Source of the DNA: an uncultured Clostridium sp.
Lineage (GTDB): Bacteria > Bacillota > Clostridia > TANB77 > CAG-508
Assembly (NCBI GenBank): GCA_900555615.1
Contig: USMB01000003.1
Span: 1-63,539 of the forward strand
Length of the DNA: 63,539 nt
Reading direction: 5' to 3'
A program made the translations under genes and the position numbers. Positions 10,201-19,656 of the stretch are shown piece by piece; the first letter of the stretch is position 1; each line of letters starts with the position of its first letter. Under the pieces are notes generated by a model. It did not search any database. It was not told the origin of the DNA and saw nothing but the letters and a program-made list of their open reading frames with translations.

Positions 10201-10230
10201 TAACATTTTTGTAACATTTTTGTAACATTC
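10201..10230 (-). promoter_or_regulatory. three 11-nt direct repeats (minus strand AATGTTACAAA) upstream of the sepF promoter
   Basis: Plus strand reads TAACATTTTTG TAACATTTTTG TAACATTC. The same AATGTTACAAAAAT word recurs upstream of the rsmD promoter (9023-9036). Confidence 0.4.
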
Positions 10231-10231
10231 T

Positions 10232-11440
10232 TTATTCTTTGTTTTTTTGTAATTCAACTTCATCATAATTACTAATTTTTTTGTAATTTTTTATATCATT
10301 ATCACTAATTCCAAGCTCTATAAGTTCTTTATCTGTATAATAATCTATAATAGAAAATTTATCTGTTTGTTTAACTATTTTAACTAGTAATTTACTCTGA
10401 ACTCCAGCTTTATTTCTAATAACATAATATAAATCATTTTCTTTAATTAAAGCTTCATTTGGAACTTTCAATCCTGATTCATTCCACCATATTACATCAA
10501 CAAGAATTTTCCTATGTTTTATCAAATCTTCTGTCATTTTACTTATTTGAAAAATTATTGTTCTTTTTCCGTTATTTTCATTAATCTGAACAATCTTGGC
10601 TTTGCTTTCTTCATTTGAAATTCTTAATTTTAAAGTATCATTAACTTTAGCTTCCATAGCTTGTTCTGAATCCATTGTTACAGCAATATAACATTTAAAA
10701 TTATCTATCACTTTTCCACATTCATTGTTTGTTGATATTATTTCTCCAGTTTTCAATCCTAATCCATTTAAAAGTTCCTCATTTATTTCATCAAACTTTT
10801 CTGGTGTAAGTACTTCTTCTAACCCATCAATTCTATAAGATACTAACCCACTCATTTGAGCTTTTTGGTACTCAGAACCATTTTTCAATTCATTTTCTAG
10901 TTTTTTTCTATCTTTTATAAGTTTTTTTATTTCATTATTTTCAATTACTTCTCCAATGAAATTAATTTTTTTACCTATTAAAGTATCTATATTATTTTTG
11001 ACTTCTGTTATTTCTTGATAATTATTTAATGTATTTAATTTTTCTATTTTTTCTTCAATTTGATTTTCAATTGCTTTAATATCTGCAGATGGTTCATAAG
11101 TCTGTTCTTCTAATATTTTTTGTATTTGCTGATTTAATTCTTCAATCTGCTCTGTTTTTTCTTTTTCAGTATCACTATAATACCTAAATATAGCTTCATT
11201 TTTAGCAACTCTTTGTCCTTCAATTGCTATTGCATATATTCCATTTTTGTAATCTTCGCCTTTTTCTACAATCTCATCTCTAATAATATATCCGACAGTT
11301 GTATCTTCTTTTGCTAAAGTTCCTTGTCTGACAATATATGTATCTGAAGAACGGACAATAAGTAAATATATTGCCCATACAATATATAAAATTATAATAA
11401 TTGCCGAAATAATCGCTATAATTTTTCTGCTTATCTTCAA
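10232..11440 (-). CDS. HlyD-family/membrane-fusion-like protein (N-terminal TM anchor, coiled coil, beta-barrel)
   Basis: 402-aa ORF with a TTG start 7 nt after a GAGGAG SD and a single N-terminal TM. The architecture is typical of HlyD-like adaptor proteins. The assignment is tentative. Confidence 0.5.
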   Translation of the reverse strand: MKISRKIIAIISAIIIILYIVWAIYLLIVRSSDTYIVRQGTLAKEDTTVGYIIRDEIVEKGEDYKNGIYAIAIEGQRVAKNEAIFRYYSDTEKEKTEQIEELNQQIQKILEEQTYEPSADIKAIENQIEEKIEKLNTLNNYQEITEVKNNIDTLIGKKINFIGEVIENNEIKKLIKDRKKLENELKNGSEYQKAQMSGLVSYRIDGLEEVLTPEKFDEINEELLNGLGLKTGEIISTNNECGKVIDNFKCYIAVTMDSEQAMEAKVNDTLKLRISNEESKAKIVQINENNGKRTIIFQISKMTEDLIKHRKILVDVIWWNESGLKVPNEALIKENDLYYVIRNKAGVQSKLLVKIVKQTDKFSIIDYYTDKELIELGISDNDIKNYKKISNYDEVELQKNKE

Positions 11441-11464
11441 GTTTATTCTCCTCTCTTAAATACA

Positions 11465-12367
11465 TTATAATGTATCTAGAATCTTCTGTAAATCATGTGG
11501 TCCTATCCAAATAGTTTGTTTATTTTTCTTAAACCAAGTTATTTGTCTTTTTGCATATCTTCTAGTCTCTTGTTTAATCTTTTCTATCATATCTTCTTTA
11601 GATATTTTCCCGTCTAAATATTCTACTACTTCCTTATACCCTAATCCCTGCATTGCTGTTGGAAATTCTTTATACTCATTTAATATTTTTTTTACTTCTT
11701 CTATTAATCCTTCATCTATCATAAAGTCTACTCGTTTATTTATTCTATCATAAAGCACCTCTCTATCCATATTAATAGCATATACTTTATAATCGTATTT
11801 TACGCCACTTTTTCTTGATTCAATTTCTTGTTCTGTCTTATTTTTGCCTGTAGCTTTATAAATTTCTAGAACTCTCATTATTCTCTTTTTATCATTATGA
11901 CTGATTTTTTTCATTGCTTCAGAATCAATTTGTGTTGCTTCTTCATACAACTTTTCTAATCCTTCTTTTTGTACTCTTTCTTCTAATTCTTCTCTATATT
12001 TCTCATCTAATTTAATATCCTGATATTCAATGCCATAAACCAAACTATCTACATATAATCCTGTTCCTCCAACAACAATTGGAGTTTTACCTTTTTTCAA
12101 TATTTCTTCAATTGCCATTTCAGCATCTTTTTTATAATCAGCAACACTATATCTTAAATTTGGTTCCACAAAATCTTGCATATAATGCTTTATCCCTTGC
12201 ATTTCTTCTTTAGTTGTTTTTGCAGTGCCTATATCCATTTTTTTATATATTTGCATAGAATCTGCTGATACTATTTCTCCATTTATCTTTTTGGCTAATT
12301 CTATTGATAGTGCTGTTTTCCCTGATGCTGTAGGTCCACAAATTACTATTACTTTTGGCTTACTCAT
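11465..12367 (-). CDS. miaA: tRNA dimethylallyltransferase MiaA
   Basis: The P-loop is ICGPTASGKT. I prefer the ATG at 12367 (MSKPKVIV.., GGAAAGGA SD) over the ATG at 12382 that abuts the mutL stop. Confidence 0.9.
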   Translation of the reverse strand: MSKPKVIVICGPTASGKTALSIELAKKINGEIVSADSMQIYKKMDIGTAKTTKEEMQGIKHYMQDFVEPNLRYSVADYKKDAEMAIEEILKKGKTPIVVGGTGLYVDSLVYGIEYQDIKLDEKYREELEERVQKEGLEKLYEEATQIDSEAMKKISHNDKKRIMRVLEIYKATGKNKTEQEIESRKSGVKYDYKVYAINMDREVLYDRINKRVDFMIDEGLIEEVKKILNEYKEFPTAMQGLGYKEVVEYLDGKISKEDMIEKIKQETRRYAKRQITWFKKNKQTIWIGPHDLQKILDTL

Positions 12368-12382
12368 ATTAATCCTTTCCAT

Positions 12383-14707
12383 CTATTTTCTTGCAAATTT
12401 TCTTTCAATATCATATTTTGACATTTTTATCGCTATTGGTTTTCCATGAAGACAAGCAAATGGATTTTGCAATGACAATAATTGTTCCATTAAACCATCA
12501 ATATCTTCTTTATTTACTGCAATACTAGCTTTATCTGCCACTTTAGAAGCAATCGTTAATAAAAATTTCTCCTCAACTTCTTGTTTTGCTGTTCTCGAAA
12601 CAGAATTTATTTCATCAAGTGTTTCGATAAACATTTCCTTTGTTTCTAAATCTAGACACATTTCTGGCACACCTGTTAACTTAATTGTATCTTCTCCAAA
12701 TTCTTCTACCATAAATCCAGCTTTTCTAAACATTTGCATGTTGTCTTTAGCTATTTCCATTTCTTTATGGCTTAATGTTATGATATCAGGTAATAACATT
12801 AATTGCGAATCTTTATTAGTATCATTATAATAATTTGCTTTAATTTTTTCATATAGTATCCTTTCATGTGCTGCTTGCTGGTCTATAATATACATTTCAT
12901 TTTCAATTTCAATTATTATATATGTTTTAAATACAAGTCCAATAAATTTAAAAGTTGGTCTTTGATACTCTGGTAAATTATCAAACATAGATGTATTTCC
13001 AATAGATACTATATCTTCTGCATCTTGTGGATCATTATTTACTTTTTCTTCTTCTTCTTTTATTGGTTTTGTTCCAAATAATTTTTGGTACATCTCTTCA
13101 AAGCTTTTTGAATAACCTGTATCCCCTGTTTCTTGTTCTTTTGCTTTGTTTGATGCAATTTTTTCTATTATATTGTCACTTTTATTTGGCTTTTCTAGTG
13201 CTTTAGAAACTTCTTCTTTTAAATCTATTGGTTTTTGACTAGCTTTTGCAATTTCTTCTAATAAATCAATTTTAGGTTCTTGAACCTCTTCCTTTTTCTC
13301 CTGAAAATCAATTTTTGATTCTTGAATTTCTTTATTTTCTTCTAGATTATATTTTTCTTCTGGTTCTTCTACTTTTTCAAAATTCACTTCATTTTTTTCG
13401 ATTTTTGGTTCTTCCTTTATCACTTCTTTGTTGACTTGTTCTTCTTTTGAATAATTCATCTCTCTTTGAAGTTTCTCTTTCATTTCTTGCAATTTTCTTA
13501 AAACTTCTTGACTTTTTTCTAAATCTGGTGTTTCTATTTTTTCTGTTGGAACAAAACTTGCTTCTTTTCTCACTTCGATTGGAGTTTGTCTTGATTTATA
13601 GATTTGTTCTACAATTGTTTCAGAATTTGTTGAAATATTATTATTATTGTTAAACACTCTATTTTCACTCTTTTCACTCGTATTTTTATCTGGTTCTTCT
13701 ATTTGTTCTTCTACTGTTTCAGATTTTAGCAAACTATTCTGTATCGCATGATATACTGCTTTAAATACAAGATTCTCTTCTTCAAATCTAACTTCTAGTT
13801 TGGCTGGATGAACATTTACATCTACTTTACTTGGATTCATGTCAATATTTAAAACTAAAAAGCTAAATTTTCCCATAGGAATCATTCCTTTATAGGCTTT
13901 TTCTGCAGCTGATGATAAAGACTTATCTTTTATATATCTTTTATTCACAAAAAATATTTGATTAGCTCTATTAGAACGAGCTATTTCAGGTTTTCCAACA
14001 ACTCCATATACATGTATATCATCATAAACATAATCTGTTGGAATCAATGCGTTTGCCACATCTTTTCCATAAATGCTATAGATTACAGTTTTTAAATCTC
14101 CATTTCCATTTGTTTGAATAACTGTTCTTCCTGTATTTATTAATTTTATTGATATTTCTGGGTGAACTAATGCTATTCTTGAAACAGTATCTTCTATATA
14201 ACCAGCTTCAGTAAAATCTTTCTTCAAAAATTTATATCTTACTGGTGTATTATAAAATAAATTTGTTACTGTTATTGATGTTCCAACTGGTGCTCCTACC
14301 TCAGTCTTTTCTAATATTTTTCCACCTTCTACAACTACTTTATATCCATTTTCTTGTTGAGCTGTTCTTGAAATCATCTCTACTCTAGATATTGCTGCAA
14401 TACTTGCTAACGCTTCCCCCCTAAATCCCATTGATGTTACTTTATTTAAATCATCTGCACTTCTTATTTTGCTTGTAGCATGTCTTTCAAATGCAATTTC
14501 TAAATCATCTTCTGCTATTCCTTTTCCATTGTCTGTTATTTTTATATATGATATTCCACCATTTTTTATTTCTACTGTTATATTATTAGCACCTGCATCT
14601 ATTGAATTTTCAACCATTTCTTTTATTACTGATGCCGGTCTTTCTATTACTTCACCTGCTGCAATTTTATTAATTGTTAAATCATCTAATAAAACTATGT
14701 TTCCCAT
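12383..14707 (-). CDS. mutL: DNA mismatch repair protein MutL
   Basis: N-terminal GHKL ATPase motifs (IAAGEVIERPASVIKEMVENSIDAG, DNGKGI, GFRGEAL), a long K/E-rich linker, and a C-terminal dimerisation domain with an endonuclease-type motif. Confidence 0.9.
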   Translation of the reverse strand: MGNIVLLDDLTINKIAAGEVIERPASVIKEMVENSIDAGANNITVEIKNGGISYIKITDNGKGIAEDDLEIAFERHATSKIRSADDLNKVTSMGFRGEALASIAAISRVEMISRTAQQENGYKVVVEGGKILEKTEVGAPVGTSITVTNLFYNTPVRYKFLKKDFTEAGYIEDTVSRIALVHPEISIKLINTGRTVIQTNGNGDLKTVIYSIYGKDVANALIPTDYVYDDIHVYGVVGKPEIARSNRANQIFFVNKRYIKDKSLSSAAEKAYKGMIPMGKFSFLVLNIDMNPSKVDVNVHPAKLEVRFEEENLVFKAVYHAIQNSLLKSETVEEQIEEPDKNTSEKSENRVFNNNNNISTNSETIVEQIYKSRQTPIEVRKEASFVPTEKIETPDLEKSQEVLRKLQEMKEKLQREMNYSKEEQVNKEVIKEEPKIEKNEVNFEKVEEPEEKYNLEENKEIQESKIDFQEKKEEVQEPKIDLLEEIAKASQKPIDLKEEVSKALEKPNKSDNIIEKIASNKAKEQETGDTGYSKSFEEMYQKLFGTKPIKEEEEKVNNDPQDAEDIVSIGNTSMFDNLPEYQRPTFKFIGLVFKTYIIIEIENEMYIIDQQAAHERILYEKIKANYYNDTNKDSQLMLLPDIITLSHKEMEIAKDNMQMFRKAGFMVEEFGEDTIKLTGVPEMCLDLETKEMFIETLDEINSVSRTAKQEVEEKFLLTIASKVADKASIAVNKEDIDGLMEQLLSLQNPFACLHGKPIAIKMSKYDIERKFARK

Positions 14708-14744
14708 TATTTTTCCTCCATATATGCTCTTTTGTTACACCTGT

Positions 14745-14773
14745 ATTTTATCATTTATTATTTTCTTTATCAA
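14745..14773 (-). promoter_or_regulatory. sigma-A type promoter upstream of mutL
   Basis: Minus strand reads TTGATA (14773-14768), 17 nt, then TAAAAT (14750-14745). Confidence 0.4.
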
Positions 14774-14912
14774 GTATTTTTTACAAAAACATCATTCAAA
14801 AGAGAAAATGAACCTGTAACACATTTTTCTAAAACACATATTATATATTATCAAAAGAAAAAATTTAAAAATTACTTTTATTTAATATCATATTTTGAAA
14901 GGGGGGTTTTAT

Positions 14913-15029
14913 ATGCCAGAAAATAGAGGTTGTAGTGGATTCGGTTTTGGTGATGACTGCTGCTGGATAATCATCTTAATACTTTTAATTTGCTGCTGTT
15001 GTGGTGGTAACAGAGGAGGATGCTGCTAG
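14913..15029 (+). CDS. 38-aa Cys/Gly-rich tiny membrane peptide (resembles the YjcZ/tiny-TM sporulation peptide family)
   Basis: Not in the ORF track because it is too short. A GAAAGGGGGG SD lies 7 nt upstream of the ATG. Product: MPENRGCSGFGFGDDCCWIIILILLICCCCGGNRGGCC. A strong hairpin terminator follows. Confidence 0.55.
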   Translation: MPENRGCSGFGFGDDCCWIIILILLICCCCGGNRGGCC

Positions 15030-15046
15030 TCATCCTTTAGACATAT

Positions 15047-15076
15047 AAAAGAAGTCCCCTTTTGGAGACTTCTTTT
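15047..15076. terminator. bidirectional rho-independent terminator between convergent genes
   Basis: AAAA-GAAGTCCC..GG(A)GACTTC-TTTT, with the stem at 15051-15058 / 15064-15072 and A/T tracts on both sides. Confidence 0.65.
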
Positions 15077-15079
15077 CAT

Positions 15080-16489
15080 TTATTTTATTTTTCTTGACTT
15101 TAATCCTAAAAATACAGATATTCCAATCATTGCTATGAACATTCCAATTACTGTCATATGTGTACCAGCTTTAGGAATTGGTTCTGGTGCTATTGTATTA
15201 TCTGCTGGAACTACTGGTGCTACTGGAACTTTTGTCAACTTTATTTTTGGAGTAACATCAGATGTTTCAGTGTTTGTCTTTCCATCAAAATCTTTATAAT
15301 TAACATCGACTTTTTGATTTGTATCTAGAACTTGATCTATGATTTTTTCATCAAATTCATCTTTTAATTTTAAATTATATTGTATAATAGCTGTTTGACC
15401 TGCTGGTAATTTGCTAAGATTCCATGTTATACTATTTGTTTCTAAATCTATCTTTGAAGATACATTGCTAACATCTATTCCATCAACATATGTCATTTCG
15501 AAATTATCCACCATATATTGTGGAAAATAATCAACTACAATAATATTTTCCAAAGCATTTTCAGAAGGCATTAAATCTTTGTATATTTTATTTGTTATAG
15601 TTTCTTCTATTTCATTATCACTAATTTTATAAAATTTTCCTTTAGTAGGTTGTTCTTCTGTTCCAAATACTTCTTTTATTATTTGACCATATGTATAACT
15701 TTGTTCTCCTTGAATTACATATGCTTCTTCATTATCTATACCTGTTAGCATTGTAATTAATTCAACATTATCTAATGATTGTATTGTTGCCTTTGTAGCA
15801 TTAATTACTTCTGTTTGCCCTTTATATGTTCCTAATTCATTATGTCCTATAGCTAAATTTGGTAATCCATCAGTTAAAACAATCATATATTTATTACTTT
15901 CATCATTTGAAAATTGTTTTTGAGCAAGTTTTAATCCTGAATCAAGATCAGTATACGCTCCTGTTCCTTTAATTCCTGAAATCTTACTTTTTAATACTTT
16001 TACATCATTTGTAAAATCACAAACTTTCTGAGCATCTGCCTCAGTTCCTGTTATTAGATATCCATTTTCATCCTTTTCTGTTCCTGATGAAAATGTTACA
16101 ACTCCAATTTTTAATGATGTTGGGTTTGATTCTAATAAATTCTCAACTAATTTATTTGCTGAATTCAATACTGTTTCTTTTCTAGAAACATTTTCTTTAT
16201 CAATATTTTGATTCATACTGCTTGAACTATCTATTACTAACATCATTTCCCCTGATGGTATATTTGCCTTAGCATTATTTGAAACTTTTAATTGTAATGT
16301 AACTTGGTGTTTAGATAAATCATATTCTATCATTTTCTTTTCAAATTCTGATTTTTCATTTAATTTTATTGTACACACATTGTCTTCAACAATTGACATC
16401 GTTACATCTGTTGCTTTTGCTACAGCAAATACATTTGTTGCCATCATAATCATTATTAAAAATAATGTTATTGCTATTTTCTTTTTCAT
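15080..16489 (-). CDS. secreted von Willebrand factor A domain protein with a C-terminal cell-wall sorting-type signal
   Basis: Signal peptide, then a vWA MIDAS motif (VIDSSSSM .. VLTDGLPN). The C-terminus is IPKAG + hydrophobic helix + KSRKIK. I prefer the ATG at 16489 (GAGGTG SD) over the GTG at 16498. Confidence 0.75.
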   Translation of the reverse strand: MKKKIAITLFLIMIMMATNVFAVAKATDVTMSIVEDNVCTIKLNEKSEFEKKMIEYDLSKHQVTLQLKVSNNAKANIPSGEMMLVIDSSSSMNQNIDKENVSRKETVLNSANKLVENLLESNPTSLKIGVVTFSSGTEKDENGYLITGTEADAQKVCDFTNDVKVLKSKISGIKGTGAYTDLDSGLKLAQKQFSNDESNKYMIVLTDGLPNLAIGHNELGTYKGQTEVINATKATIQSLDNVELITMLTGIDNEEAYVIQGEQSYTYGQIIKEVFGTEEQPTKGKFYKISDNEIEETITNKIYKDLMPSENALENIIVVDYFPQYMVDNFEMTYVDGIDVSNVSSKIDLETNSITWNLSKLPAGQTAIIQYNLKLKDEFDEKIIDQVLDTNQKVDVNYKDFDGKTNTETSDVTPKIKLTKVPVAPVVPADNTIAPEPIPKAGTHMTVIGMFIAMIGISVFLGLKSRKIK

Positions 16490-16542
16490 ATTAAACACCT
16501 CATATTTATTTTAATATACTTTCTTTAGTTTTTCAACACTTT

Positions 16543-17541
16543 TTATCTATCTAATTTATCCAAATTATCTAATGCTTTTCCAGTTCCTAAAGCCACACAA
16601 GATACTGCATCATCCGCAATCATTACATTTATTCCTGTCTTTTCTTGCAACAACTTATCTAATCCATCAACTAAGCATCCTCCACCTGTCATATAAATTC
16701 CTCTATCACTTATATCAGCAGCTAACTCTGGAGGAGTTTTTTCTAGCACGGAATGTACTGCATCAACAATCATCATTGCAGGTTCTATTAATGCCTCTAG
16801 CATTTCACTAGAATATACAACTACTGTTTTAGGCAGTCCTGAACTTAAGTCTCTACCTCTTATTTCCATATCTGCATCTTGAATCTTTGGATATACACAT
16901 CCTATTGTTATTTTTAAATCTTCTGCTGTTCTTTCACCAATTATTATGTTATGCTTTTTCTTAATATATTTCACAATATATTCATCAAATTTGTCTCCAG
17001 CTACTTTTAAAGATGTACTTTCAACAGAACCGCCTAAAGATATAACAGCAATATCTGTTGTTCCTCCACCAATATCCACAACCATATTTCCACATGGTTT
17101 TGCTATATCTATTCCTGCTCCAATTGCTGCTGCAATTGGTTCTTCAATTAAAAATACTTTGCGAGCCCCTGCTTGTGTTGCAGCATCTATAACAGCTTTT
17201 TTCTCTACTTCTGTTACTCTTGACGGAATACATATCATTGTTCTTGGTGCAAACAATGATTTTCCATTTATTTTGTTTATAAAATATTTTAACATTTTTT
17301 CAGTTACTGTGTAATCTGAAATTACTCCTTCTCTTAAAGGTCTTGTTGCTACTATGTTTCCTGGCGTTCTGCCAAGCATTCTCCTAGCTTCTTGTCCTAC
17401 AGCTAAAACTTCTTTTGTATTACTGTCTACAGCAACAACAGATGGTTCTCTTAAAACTACACCTTTTCCTTTTACATAAGCAATTACTGTTGCTGTACCT
17501 AAATCTATTCCTATGTCTTGACCTAACCCAAATTTAAACAT
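16543..17541 (-). CDS. mreB: rod shape-determining actin homologue MreB/Mbl
   Basis: DIGIDLGTA phosphate-1 motif, VVDIGGGTTD, GIYMTGGG. Start taken at the ATG at 17541 (MFKFGLGQD..). Confidence 0.85.
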   Translation of the reverse strand: MFKFGLGQDIGIDLGTATVIAYVKGKGVVLREPSVVAVDSNTKEVLAVGQEARRMLGRTPGNIVATRPLREGVISDYTVTEKMLKYFINKINGKSLFAPRTMICIPSRVTEVEKKAVIDAATQAGARKVFLIEEPIAAAIGAGIDIAKPCGNMVVDIGGGTTDIAVISLGGSVESTSLKVAGDKFDEYIVKYIKKKHNIIIGERTAEDLKITIGCVYPKIQDADMEIRGRDLSSGLPKTVVVYSSEMLEALIEPAMMIVDAVHSVLEKTPPELAADISDRGIYMTGGGCLVDGLDKLLQEKTGINVMIADDAVSCVALGTGKALDNLDKLDR

Positions 17542-17567
17542 TTTTAACATTCCTTTCTTAGCAAACT

Positions 17568-18500
17568 TTATGTTTTCTCTTTTATAATATATATTGGTCT
17601 CTTTTTAACTTCCAAATAAGTTTTTGATAAATATTGTCCAATTACTCCAATTGAAAATAGTTGTATTCCGCTTACAAAAACAATAATACATGCAAGTGAT
17701 GGCCATCCTGATGTTGGATCTCCAAATATTAGTGTTCTTACTATGATAAAGATAATTGCTATAAATGCTACCACACAGAATACCAATCCAAGAACAGAAG
17801 ATAGTATTAATGGCATTGTCGAAAATGCTGTTATTCCTTCTAATGCATATTTAAACAATTTCCAAAATGACCATTTTGTTTCTCCTGCAACTCTTTCTAC
17901 ATTTTCATATTCTAACCATTTAGTATCAAAACCCACAAAACTAAATAATCCTTTTGAATATCTATTATATTCCTTTAATGAAATAATTGCATCAACCACT
18001 TGTCTTTTCATTAGTCTATAATCTCTTGCACCATCTACCATCTCAATATCTGACATTTTATTTATTATTTTATAAAACATTCTAGCAAAAAAACTTCTAA
18101 TTGGTGGTTCGCCTTTTCTAGTCACTCTTCTAGTTCCGACAGCATCATATCCTTCGTTAATTATTGCATCATACATCTGTTTCAACAATGTTGGTGGATC
18201 TTGTAAATCTGCATCCATTAAAGTTACATAATCCCCTGTTGCTGCTTCAAGTCCAGCTAGCATTGCTGCCTCTTTCCCAAAGTTTCTTGAAAAAGATACA
18301 TATCTAACTTTAGAGTCTTTTGCTCTTAAACTTTTCATTATTTCTAATGTTTTGTCTTTAGAGCCATCATTTACAAATATGTATTCAAATTCTGCAATTC
18401 CATCAAAATCTTGTTTTCTTACTCTTTCCATTTCTTCATAAAATAATGGTAATGCTTTTTCTTCATTATAGCAAGAAACTACTACTGATATTTTTTCCAT
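17568..18500 (-). CDS. GT2 polyprenol-phosphate sugar synthase (GtrB/CsbB-like) with two C-terminal TM helices
   Basis: ISVVVSCYNEE, a DGSKD motif and a DADLQDPP motif, followed by two TM helices after the catalytic domain. Confidence 0.8.
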   Translation of the reverse strand: MEKISVVVSCYNEEKALPLFYEEMERVRKQDFDGIAEFEYIFVNDGSKDKTLEIMKSLRAKDSKVRYVSFSRNFGKEAAMLAGLEAATGDYVTLMDADLQDPPTLLKQMYDAIINEGYDAVGTRRVTRKGEPPIRSFFARMFYKIINKMSDIEMVDGARDYRLMKRQVVDAIISLKEYNRYSKGLFSFVGFDTKWLEYENVERVAGETKWSFWKLFKYALEGITAFSTMPLILSSVLGLVFCVVAFIAIIFIIVRTLIFGDPTSGWPSLACIIVFVSGIQLFSIGVIGQYLSKTYLEVKKRPIYIIKEKT

Positions 18501-18517
18501 AATTCTACCTTTCTAAG

Positions 18518-19525
18518 CTAATTGTTTTGATTTTGTATATATTTCCATGAGTCTTTACACATATCTTCAAGTGTTTTTTCAGCTTTCCATCCTAATTCTT
18601 TTTTAGCTTTTTCTGGATCTGAATAACATGTCGCAATATCTCCAGCTCTACGTTCAACAATTTTATATTTAACTTTTTTTCCAGTTGCTGTTTCAAATGC
18701 CTTTACCATATCTAAAACACTATATCCTGTTCCTGTTCCTAAATTGTATATATACATTCCTGTTTTTTCTTTTTCTAATTTTTCTAATGCTTTTAGATGT
18801 CCTTTTGCTAAGTCTACAACATGTATATAATCTCTAACTCCTGTTCCATCTGGTGTATCATAATCATTTCCAAATACAGATAATTGCTCTAATTGTCCAG
18901 CTGCAACTCTTACTATATATGGCATTAAATTATTAGGAATACCTTGTGGTTCTTCTCCTATTAATCCACTTTCATGTGCTCCAACTGGATTAAAGTATCT
19001 TAATATTGCAATATCCCAAGTATTATCTGATTTATATAAATCTTGTAAAATTTGCTCTATAAATAATTTTGTTGTTCCATATGGATTTGTTGTTCCACCT
19101 ATTTTGCAATCTTCTGTTAAAGGAATTCTTTCAGGTTCTCCATATACTGTTGCAGATGAACTAAATATAAATTTCTTTACATTATATTTTCTCATTGTTT
19201 CCAATAGTACTATTGCTCCAGATATATTATTTTCATAATATTCTAGTGGCTTTCTTACAGATTCCCCTACTGCTTTGTATCCTGCAAAATTTAGTACCGC
19301 TTCTATGTTATTTTCTTCAAATACCTTTTCTAATGCCTTTCTATCTAAATAATCTATTTTATAAAACTTAAAATCTTTTCCTGTTATTTTTTTGATTTGT
19401 TCTAATACCTCTGGTTTACTATTTGAGAAATTATCTATCATTACAATTTCTCTTCCTGCTTTTAATAATTCTACTGTTGTATGACTTCCTATAAATCCTG
19501 CTCCACCTGTTACTAATATTGACAT
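18518..19525 (-). CDS. galE: UDP-glucose 4-epimerase
   Basis: [13 protein letters not shown] Rossmann motif, YGTTK catalytic motif, and a GalE-like C-terminus. A TTGAAA-17-TAAAAT promoter ends about 4 nt before the ORF-track ATG (19564), which favours the internal ATG at 19525 (MSILVTGG..). Confidence 0.85.
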   Translation of the reverse strand: MSILVTGGAGFIGSHTTVELLKAGREIVMIDNFSNSKPEVLEQIKKITGKDFKFYKIDYLDRKALEKVFEENNIEAVLNFAGYKAVGESVRKPLEYYENNISGAIVLLETMRKYNVKKFIFSSSATVYGEPERIPLTEDCKIGGTTNPYGTTKLFIEQILQDLYKSDNTWDIAILRYFNPVGAHESGLIGEEPQGIPNNLMPYIVRVAAGQLEQLSVFGNDYDTPDGTGVRDYIHVVDLAKGHLKALEKLEKEKTGMYIYNLGTGTGYSVLDMVKAFETATGKKVKYKIVERRAGDIATCYSDPEKAKKELGWKAEKTLEDMCKDSWKYIQNQNN

Positions 19526-19613
19526 ATCTACCACACTACCTTTCTTTACTTTATTATTTGGCATTTGTATTTTATCACTAAATCATTATAATTTCAATAC
19601 TTTACAATATAAT

Positions 19614-19650
19614 AAAAATAAACTGCTGATAACTCACACAGTTTATTTTT
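19614..19650 (-). terminator. hairpin terminator after the 229-aa gene
   Basis: 12-bp stem AAAAATAAACTG (19614-19625) / CAGTTTATTTTT (19639-19650) with a 13-nt loop. Confidence 0.5.
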
Positions 19651-19656
19651 ATTATA

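Noticed and set aside
11280-11465. 61-aa minus-strand ORF overlapping the 5' end of the HlyD-like gene
   Set aside because: It is an alternative frame of a better-supported gene. It has no SD and a low-complexity product.
12383-14912. mutL is not preceded by mutS, and miaA is not followed by hfq
   Set aside because: Gene order varies among Firmicutes, and absence from this window says nothing about absence from the genome. This is not evidence of an unusual repair system.
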